A DNA stretch of 64,000 bases from Clostridia bacterium (lineage in GTDB: Bacteria; Bacillota; Clostridia; UBA1212; UBA1255). The stretch lies in the NCBI GenBank assembly GCA_017560225.1, contig JAFYOJ010000090.1, forward strand, positions 1,386 to 65,385. The letters are read 5' to 3'. Position 1 is the first letter of the stretch. Every line of letters begins with the position of its first letter. Positions 57,241-64,000 of this stretch are shown here, piece after piece. The notes below the pieces were generated by a model, which saw nothing but the letters and a program-made list of their open reading frames with translations, was not told the origin of the DNA and searched no databases. The translations under genes and the position numbers were made by a program.

Positions 57241-58347
57241 CTACTGTTCCAAACAACGCATAAAGTTTTCTTTATTTTCTTTGGCAGTTGTAGTAGGTCT
57301 TCCCAAATCAGCTCTAGCGCCAATAGCACATTTAATTTCTATCAACGTAAGATTATTTTTGTTTTTTGCTTGCCAAAGCGCTTTATCCAGTTCGTCAAAA
57401 TTATCTACAGAAACAACGTTAGAATAGCCGCAACCTTTTGCAATAGCACAAATATCAATTTTGGATGCCACCGTAGGCATTCCGCCAACCGTTTCATGGG
57501 CGCCGTTGTTGATAACAATGTGTACTATGTTTTCAGGAGCCATTGATCCTAATAGAGCAACTGAACCCATATGCATTAACAACGCTCCGTCACCATCAAT
57601 ACACCAAATCTTTTTTTGGGGATTTTGCAATGCAATGGATAGCGCAATAGAGGAACTATGTCCCATAGAACCCACGGTAAGAAAATCATACTGATGGCCT
57701 TGACCATTGATCTCCCGAATTTCAAACAATTCTCGCGATGCTTTTCCCGTGGTAGATATAACAGGATCTGTATCCGACACGGCAACAATGTGTCGAATAA
57801 TCTCCTCACGAAGCATTTTATTGTCATTATTATACGAAACTTTCAAATCACATTCTAATGCGCCTTTCTTAACAACAAAAGCAACCTGTTTCCCCGATTC
57901 CAATAAAGGCTTCCATTGTTCAAGTTGCATAACAACTTCACTTTCGGTTGTTTCCTTACTGATAACAAAAGTACGAATATCCATATCTTCCAAAAGTTTT
58001 ATCGTAACTTCTCCCTGATAAATGTGTTGCGGTTCATCATGAACACCCGGTTCACCTCTCCAGCCAACAAAAAAGATACAAGGAATCCCGTACACTTTAT
58101 CATTCATAAGGGAAGCAACGGGATTAATAATATTGCCAATACCGCTATTTTGCATATAAACCACCGGAATCTTTCCTGTAGACAAATAATAACCTGCCGC
58201 AAGCGCTACGCAATTTCCTTCATTGGCTGCAATAATATGTTGTTTGCCAATACCGTAAGTAGCCATCAAATAGTTGCATAACGGTTTCAGTTGAGAATCC
58301 GGCACGCCTGTAAAAAAATCATAATTCTTTAAAAAATCTAATTTCAT
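57241..58347 (-). CDS. ppd: Phosphonopyruvate decarboxylase (TPP-dependent)
   Basis: Fused alpha/beta TPP-enzyme of about 370 aa with ThDP motif CIDGDGALLMHMGS...N. Sits immediately downstream of a PEP mutase gene. Confidence 0.8.
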   Translation of the reverse strand: MKLDFLKNYDFFTGVPDSQLKPLCNYLMATYGIGKQHIIAANEGNCVALAAGYYLSTGKIPVVYMQNSGIGNIINPVASLMNDKVYGIPCIFFVGWRGEPGVHDEPQHIYQGEVTIKLLEDMDIRTFVISKETTESEVVMQLEQWKPLLESGKQVAFVVKKGALECDLKVSYNNDNKMLREEIIRHIVAVSDTDPVISTTGKASRELFEIREINGQGHQYDFLTVGSMGHSSSIALSIALQNPQKKIWCIDGDGALLMHMGSVALLGSMAPENIVHIVINNGAHETVGGMPTVASKIDICAIAKGCGYSNVVSVDNFDELDKALWQAKNKNNLTLIEIKCAIGARADLGRPTTTAKENKENFMRCLEQ

Positions 58348-58348
58348 T

Positions 58349-59464
58349 TCATTTCACGTCCAATTTTAAAATTAATATATATAAATCATATAAATTTTGT
58401 GTTTCAAGTTTAACAGGATTATTATTCAATCGTGTAAGGTTAACAGATGCAGACAAAACAGGTAAGTCATCCACATGTGCTTTGCACGGAGCTTCCAAAC
58501 CTATTTCGTTGAGTAAATCCGAAAATTTGCAAACCGCCTCATCCACATTTTCACACCCTAATGACTTAGCAATCGCTTCAAAGGTGCTTGCCAAATAAGA
58601 TTTTCCTCTGCGGTCGATACACAAATCCAGATTTTGATGCATATACGCCCATATATAAGGCAAACAAATTGCAACTGCATGACCATGCGGAAGCCCATAC
58701 AGTGACGTGATTTTATAGCTCATAGCATGCGCTGATGTCGTTTGTGTAATATTAATCGCCTGTCCTGCATAGTTGGCGGCCAAAAATATTTCGGTTGTTG
58801 CATGGTCATCGTTTTTAAAAAGATAGGCCTTGTAATTCTTCATAATTGTTTCAACGGCTTTTTGGGAAAGCTTTTTACTTGTTTCCGTAGAATTAACCGA
58901 CCACCATGACTCAATCCCCTGACAAAGAGCATCCATTAACGTACACGTTTTTTGGTAAAATGGAAGTGTTTTTAACACACTAGGCTCAAGAATAGCATAC
59001 TCCGGTATCAAACTTTGGTGGGTAACAGACTGCTTTTCACCGTTATAATAAATAACTGCATATCTTGTTGATTCGCTTCCTGTACCCGCTGTTGTAGGAA
59101 TTGCAATCAGTGGAATCCCTGTATCTTTATATTCCTGTTGCAAAAAGTTGGTTGTTTCATCCATTTTGCAATACAGCTTGATGCATTTCGCAACGTCAAT
59201 ACTACTTCCGCCACCAACCGCCAAAAGCGTATCACATCCTTCAGCATTGAACAAATGCACCCCTTTTGCTACATCTGCATATTGAGGATTCGGTGTAAAG
59301 TCATCAAAAAAAACAATTGGAATTTGAATGTTGTCAATTTGTTCTTTAATGGGTAAGAACTGATAAGAACAGCTGCAAACAATCATAACCTTTCTTGCCC
59401 GCACCGTATTCAAAATATGTTTAAGTTGTTGTATACTCCCGTTTCCTGCAATAACTTTTTGCAT
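58349..59464 (-). CDS. Iron-containing (group III) alcohol dehydrogenase; predicted phosphonoacetaldehyde reductase
   Basis: GGGSSIDVAKCI NAD/Fe-ADH motif and His-rich metal site (HAMSY...HGHAVA). AAGGAG RBS. Function inferred from its position between pepM and ppd. Confidence 0.65.
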   Translation of the reverse strand: MQKVIAGNGSIQQLKHILNTVRARKVMIVCSCSYQFLPIKEQIDNIQIPIVFFDDFTPNPQYADVAKGVHLFNAEGCDTLLAVGGGSSIDVAKCIKLYCKMDETTNFLQQEYKDTGIPLIAIPTTAGTGSESTRYAVIYYNGEKQSVTHQSLIPEYAILEPSVLKTLPFYQKTCTLMDALCQGIESWWSVNSTETSKKLSQKAVETIMKNYKAYLFKNDDHATTEIFLAANYAGQAINITQTTSAHAMSYKITSLYGLPHGHAVAICLPYIWAYMHQNLDLCIDRRGKSYLASTFEAIAKSLGCENVDEAVCKFSDLLNEIGLEAPCKAHVDDLPVLSASVNLTRLNNNPVKLETQNLYDLYILILKLDVK

Positions 59465-59477
59465 AGCGGTACGCTCC

Positions 59478-61487
59478 TTATTCCTCAGGAATTAACGTAA
59501 TAATTTCTTTAATCGACATACACAAATCATCCGCTTCTTTTGCTCTATGGTTGGTTAAAATGATTTTAGCCACATTCTGCATGGCGGGGAATCCGCTCCT
59601 GGTAAGCTGATTTGCATAAATTACAACATTAACACCCCGTTGTTTCCATTCATCTTCCGTCACCGTATTAAATGATGTGGGCACAACTACAATAGGTGTA
59701 TGTGCGTCCTGTTGCCTAAATCTTTCTACAAACGTAAAGATTTCCGTAGGGTCTTTCTTTCGGCTATGAATCATAATGGCATCTGCACCAGCTTTTACAA
59801 ACGCAAAAGCACGTTCAAGTGCATCCTCCATTCCTCGTTCAAGAATCAAACTCTCAATACGGGCACATATCATAAATTCTTTCGTTTTTTGCGCCTTTTT
59901 TCCTGCCTGAATCTTTGCACAGAAATTTTCAATACTATCCTGTGTCTGTTCAACCTCCGTACCAAACAGGGAGTTCTTCTTCAAGCCCGTTTTGTCCTCA
60001 ATAATAACCATAGATACACCCATTCGTTCTAAGGTTTTAACTGTATAAACAAAATGTTCGGTCAATCCGCCTGTATCTCCATCAAAAATAATAGGTTTTG
60101 TGGTAACTTCCATAATATCGTCAATTGTGCGGAATCGAGAAGTCATATCCACAAGCTCAATATCCGGTTTGCCTTTGGCTGTACTATCGCAAAGAGAAGA
60201 AACCCACATAGCATCAAATTGATACGTTTTACCATCTTGAAGCACAGTTGTTTTCTCCGCAATAAGACCGGTAAGACCGCTATGGGCCTCAATTGCAGTA
60301 ACCGTTTTTTTCATATTGATCAATTTTTTCAATCTGCCACGGCGTACATCCGGCATGGCTAATTGTGCACGACTCAATTTGTCCAAATCAGCATATTTAG
60401 CATCTTTGGAATAAGGGTATTCTACAAGTGTTCCACCATATTCTGCAAGAACTTTGGTGACCTCATCTCGAATTGGTTTTTGAAAGCCTTCTTTCCAATC
60501 ATCACCGTGAACAACGTAGGTGGGTTTCATAGTTTTAAGATTTTCCGCATAGCTCAGTTGTTTCTGTTCAATAACCTGATATACACCATTAATGTTTTCA
60601 ATCAAAGATTTTCTTTCCTCGTATGGAAGCAACGGAAAGCGCTTGTAACTGGATACCGCTTCATCAGACAACACACCAATGGTCAACCGTCCAAGTTTCG
60701 CTGCTTTCTTAATAATTGCAATATGACCGCTGTGGATCATATCCGTGGAAAAGCACATATAAACTGTGCGATTTTCCACTTCCGCCAATTTAGTCTTCAC
60801 AACAGCTAAATCTTCCGGGGTATCAATCTCCGTACACAACCGATTGCCAACGTCATACGCCATAATCTCACATTGATCAGAAATCTCGTTAAACGCAACT
60901 TCTGCATAGCATTTTCGGTTATTAGATTCACAGTACTCGCAAATCTTATCTAACCAAACATTCCAATCCTGACTATTTAACTTGTACAATGCCTGCGCTT
61001 CCATAGCGTCGTTAAAAAATTCAACACCGATTTTTTCAACACGGCCATCGTGAACAACTGCCTTAAAATCTTTCTCCGGCAAAGCACAAGTAGAGCTGAC
61101 CTTCATGCAGCTTTTTTCAAAAGCCAACAGTTCATCAAGAACAGATGCTTCAAAAACCAAATCGCCATGCATCAACACAATATCTTCATTCCGAAGATAT
61201 TCTTTTGCACAGTAAATAGAATAAATATAATTTGTCTGGTCGTAAATCGGATTATTCACAAATGTATACTGTAGTTTCAGATTTAACGAATGACAGTAAT
61301 TTACAAGGATTTCATTATAATAGCCTGTTGTCATAACAACGTCGGTAACGCCGGCATCCGCAAGCAATTTAAGCTGGCGGCTTAATATTGTCTCTTTGGC
61401 AGATATTTCCGTCATACATTTTGGATGTTCAGAAGTAAGCACACCCATACGATGACCTAAACCGGAATTTAAAATCAGCGCCTTCAT
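59478..61487 (-). CDS. pepM: Tri-domain fusion: LicC/MobA-like nucleotidyltransferase + HxGH cytidylyltransferase (TagD/CCT-like) + phosphoenolpyruvate mutase
   Basis: Residues 1-230: MKALILNSGLGHRMG (NTP_transferase G-x-G-x-R). Residues about 240-370: CFSTDMIHSGHIAIIKKA (HxGH cytidylyltransferase). Residues about 380-669: PEP mutase motifs FDGDTGG, IIEDKTGLKKNSL, GADAIMIHSRKKDP. Confidence 0.85.
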   Translation of the reverse strand: MKALILNSGLGHRMGVLTSEHPKCMTEISAKETILSRQLKLLADAGVTDVVMTTGYYNEILVNYCHSLNLKLQYTFVNNPIYDQTNYIYSIYCAKEYLRNEDIVLMHGDLVFEASVLDELLAFEKSCMKVSSTCALPEKDFKAVVHDGRVEKIGVEFFNDAMEAQALYKLNSQDWNVWLDKICEYCESNNRKCYAEVAFNEISDQCEIMAYDVGNRLCTEIDTPEDLAVVKTKLAEVENRTVYMCFSTDMIHSGHIAIIKKAAKLGRLTIGVLSDEAVSSYKRFPLLPYEERKSLIENINGVYQVIEQKQLSYAENLKTMKPTYVVHGDDWKEGFQKPIRDEVTKVLAEYGGTLVEYPYSKDAKYADLDKLSRAQLAMPDVRRGRLKKLINMKKTVTAIEAHSGLTGLIAEKTTVLQDGKTYQFDAMWVSSLCDSTAKGKPDIELVDMTSRFRTIDDIMEVTTKPIIFDGDTGGLTEHFVYTVKTLERMGVSMVIIEDKTGLKKNSLFGTEVEQTQDSIENFCAKIQAGKKAQKTKEFMICARIESLILERGMEDALERAFAFVKAGADAIMIHSRKKDPTEIFTFVERFRQQDAHTPIVVVPTSFNTVTEDEWKQRGVNVVIYANQLTRSGFPAMQNVAKIILTNHRAKEADDLCMSIKEIITLIPEE

Positions 61488-61489
61488 AA

Positions 61490-62248
61490 TTATACATTTC
61501 CTTTCTTTTCATTTGATTGATCTTTACGAATATAATTGTTTTTCCTCGGGGTCATATAATCTCCATAGAGCGACGTAAGAAACATATCATATTCTGCTAT
61601 ACATTGATATTGTTGGTCTTCAAAAGGAAGTTCAACCGTTTTCTGCATCATAGTTTTAGGATAAGCATCATAATACGGAGGTGCAAACACTGTTACGTAT
61701 TCAGAATCACTCCAACCATATTGTGTCGAATATGTACGATATACTTTGTTCGTATATGTATCCGGAACAAATATTGCAAACATCTTTGTAAAAAATAACA
61801 ATATCGGTTTCTTAGTAGCGTGAAAAGGTTTGTATTTAGCAGAGAAGAATTGATATAATCTGCGAGTCTTTTTCAAAAAGCGTATACGTTCTTGTGCATC
61901 ATTCGGTGCGCCAATTAAACCATAGATATCAATATGACAATCATAGTGTGACTGACCTTCAAGAATCAAGCGTTCATGACACGAGCCAAAACCTTTTTCA
62001 ACACCGGGAACGCAAAGATGATAATGACTCTTTTTGTCACAACGAATGGCATTTCGTAATTTCAGCAAATCGTCGTGCCGCACAAAAATATCGACATCTA
62101 AGTCCCAAGGGATAAAGCCTTTTTCTCGTACCGCACCCAAAAGAGTTCCATACGCAAGAGAATACCAAATATCGTTCTCTTTGCATACGCGGTGTAGATA
62201 ATTCAGCATTTGTAACAAGTCATCTTTTTGATCATTTTGGGCTATCAT
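61490..62248 (-). CDS. licD: LicD-family phospho-head-group transferase
   Basis: YSLAYGTLLGAVREKGFIPWDLDVDIFV is the LicD family signature. Start at ATG M26 (AAAAGAGGA RBS). Confidence 0.8.
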   Translation of the reverse strand: MIAQNDQKDDLLQMLNYLHRVCKENDIWYSLAYGTLLGAVREKGFIPWDLDVDIFVRHDDLLKLRNAIRCDKKSHYHLCVPGVEKGFGSCHERLILEGQSHYDCHIDIYGLIGAPNDAQERIRFLKKTRRLYQFFSAKYKPFHATKKPILLFFTKMFAIFVPDTYTNKVYRTYSTQYGWSDSEYVTVFAPPYYDAYPKTMMQKTVELPFEDQQYQCIAEYDMFLTSLYGDYMTPRKNNYIRKDQSNEKKGNV

Positions 62249-62268
62249 GCAAATCCTCTTTTCTGTTT

Positions 62269-63396
62269 TTACTGTAGCAAATCCCGAAACAACGCGTCTA
62301 ACTTTGCTACAACCTCGCCCCAACCATATTGTTGGGCTATAATTTCAGATTTTTTACTATACGCGTCCCACAAAGTATTGTCATCTGCAATTTTTGTCAT
62401 AGCATTGCAGACACTTTGGCTATCAGAAGGCGGAAAAATAATTCCGGAATCCTGTACAACACTGGCAATATTTCCAACATCCGAAGAAAGTACGGGCGTT
62501 GCAGTTGCCATTGCTTCAATAATAACTTTTGGAAATCCCTCTGTGACAGATGTCAGAACAAAAGCACGCGATTGATTCAACTCGTTTGCAATGACTGATC
62601 TATTTTGTATGCCGCAAAACTCAACTGCATGGGAAATTCCAAATTGCTCGCACATCGCACAAAGTTCTTCTCTTCGTTCTCCATCACCAATCATTTTTAA
62701 TGTATAATCTTGATGCTGCTCATAGAACTTTGCAAAGCCTTCCAATAAGATATGTTGAGCTTTTTGCCACCGCAAACTGGCCACGTGAATAAATTGTTTT
62801 TTTCTCGGCAGTTTATTATTTTGAAACACGGTGAGATCCACTCCATTTCCAACACAAACAACCGGTTTTGAATAGGAACGACCTAGTGGCAGCAAATCAA
62901 TCATATTTTCTCCGACTGTAACAACTGCGTCCGGAATCCTTAGTATATACTTTCCAATGAGCGGTTTTTTTTTCATGCGCAATGCATCGGAACCATGTAA
63001 ACTCATTACAATTTTGGTACCGTATTTTTTTCTTGCATAGATACCACATTTAATTGTCATGGGCGAAACCACGTGAATAACATCCGGCTTAAAAGCATCA
63101 ATCAGGGGATGCACACTTTTCGCAAATTGATTATACGCATTATTTTTCCGAATAAACTTTAGAACTCGCGCAAAAATATTCTCGTCATATTTGCCCAGCG
63201 GCACATTATCGAGTTCCACTTCAACAACTTCGACGCCTTCTCGATTTTGAAACATCGTACCATCTCGTTTACCGGTTACAATCATTTCATCATAGTCAGA
63301 AAACATCGAATAATAGTACGCATGCAGACCCGCTCCCGGTAGTGTATCCCGCGGGTACGTAGCACTAACGCGCATCACTTTCAATTTCTTTTCCAT
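62269..63396 (-). CDS. Glycosyltransferase family 4
   Basis: GT-B fold with the E-x7-E region EGFPKVIIEAMA. Start at ATG M3 (GAGGT RBS). Confidence 0.8.
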   Translation of the reverse strand: MEKKLKVMRVSATYPRDTLPGAGLHAYYYSMFSDYDEMIVTGKRDGTMFQNREGVEVVEVELDNVPLGKYDENIFARVLKFIRKNNAYNQFAKSVHPLIDAFKPDVIHVVSPMTIKCGIYARKKYGTKIVMSLHGSDALRMKKKPLIGKYILRIPDAVVTVGENMIDLLPLGRSYSKPVVCVGNGVDLTVFQNNKLPRKKQFIHVASLRWQKAQHILLEGFAKFYEQHQDYTLKMIGDGERREELCAMCEQFGISHAVEFCGIQNRSVIANELNQSRAFVLTSVTEGFPKVIIEAMATATPVLSSDVGNIASVVQDSGIIFPPSDSQSVCNAMTKIADDNTLWDAYSKKSEIIAQQYGWGEVVAKLDALFRDLLQ

Positions 63397-63423
63397 AGTC
63401 AACCTCTAATGTCCAAAGTAATG

Positions 63424-64000
63424 TTATCTATCCAATAAATCCATAAACATCTCTGTAATATAGATGTACCACTTTTGGTCCGGTGTTAAATCTTTTCCGT
63501 ATCCCAGATTAAACTCGGGACGTGTTGCACCTTGGTAGTCTCGCATCCATTGTTCCAATGCACGTGGGAGCGGAAGTTTTTTAGGCTGCCCCCATCCAGG
63601 ATATAATTTACTAAACACTTCACGGACTAAATATTTATTTTCTCCGCTTCTAATTCTATCTAAATCCAACGGTATATCTAATTTGGTAGTAAGATAAGGA
63701 GCCACGAAGTCAACACCAGCCAAAGAACACGAATTGATATAAGAATTGGGCGATTGACGAAGATGAATATCATTCAGAAAACCATATACATCCATACGAC
63801 CGTCTTTATAATGTCGCTCATACGGTTCTCGAATGATCACGCCATTTTTCAATGCTTTCGTGGGGTCAACAAAATTATGATATTCTATATATTCATCCAA
63901 CTGAAACTCTCTGCAAAGTTGAATACTGTGTCCACCGTAAATAATATCTGCGGTCTCTCCAAAAATCAGTTTTTCATATCCAGCTTTCCGTGCAATTAAT
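63424..64000 (-). CDS. Asparagine-synthetase-like amidotransferase, C-terminal part (ORF open to window end)
   Basis: Reading frame continues upstream of the track Met to position 64000 with no stop. IFGETADIIYGG resembles the AsnB LSGEGADELFGGY region. Confidence 0.5.
   Translation of the reverse strand, partial: LIARKAGYEKLIFGETADIIYGGHSIQLCREFQLDEYIEYHNFVDPTKALKNGVIIREPYERHYKDGRMDVYGFLNDIHLRQSPNSYINSCSLAGVDFVAPYLTTKLDIPLDLDRIRSGENKYLVREVFSKLYPGWGQPKKLPLPRALEQWMRDYQGATRPEFNLGYGKDLTPDQKWYIYITEMFMDLLDR

Noticed and set aside
56000-64000. Possibility that the AT-rich island is a prophage or integrative element
   Set aside because: No integrase, recombinase, transposase, phage structural gene or tRNA attachment site within the window. 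Gene content is purely biosynthetic. Origin by horizontal transfer remains likely, but the mechanism cannot be assigned from this window.

Overview
This is a 64-kb chromosomal segment from a roughly 50% GC, endospore-forming Firmicute. Class Clostridia is inferred from gene content: ricT/yaaT, cwlD, spoIIR, spmAB, ypeB, ald, a GerMN lipoprotein, class-B sortase, lgt and a SEDS protein. I call about 60 protein genes, all but five on the minus strand, several of them translationally coupled by ATGA overlaps. I found no rRNA, tRNA, CRISPR array, transposase or integrase.

Housekeeping content: icd (partial), a UDP-sugar pyrophosphorylase, ricT, holB, darA, lgt, a rodA/ftsW-type SEDS gene, two M16 peptidases, ribF, rho, a DAK2/YloV protein, DegV, a dnaD-like/dnaI pair, sua5, prfA, recR, ybaB, pdxA-family, pnp, rpsO and ald.

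Accessory content:
- a thioester-domain (TED) sortase-anchored adhesin flanked by hypotheticals and an atypical Ser/Thr-kinase-like protein;
- a NuoE/NuoF plus GltD-fusion flavin-based electron-bifurcation-type oxidoreductase (Stn/Nfn-like, not a hydrogenase);
- a membrane PP2C-like protein with a Pro/Glu-rich 12-residue tandem repeat tail;
- an isolated CpsC/CpsD/CpsB tyrosine-kinase module plus a separate LMW-PTP;
- a tandem Nudix protein.

Most interesting is an AT-rich (by eye about 38-40% GC) island at 56.0-64.0 kb. It encodes a phosphonate pathway: a three-domain NTase + HxGH cytidylyltransferase + PEP mutase fusion, phosphonopyruvate decarboxylase and an Fe-alcohol dehydrogenase. Next to these sit a LicD-family transferase, a GT4 glycosyltransferase, an AsnB-like amidotransferase (partial) and an NTP_transf_5 protein. 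Together these predict a 2-hydroxyethylphosphonate/phosphonate-decorated cell-surface glycan.

CDS coordinates follow the ORF track, with starts re-set to an internal ATG or TTG where an RBS supports it. Motif-level coordinates for hairpins and promoters were counted by hand and may be off by 1-2 nt.
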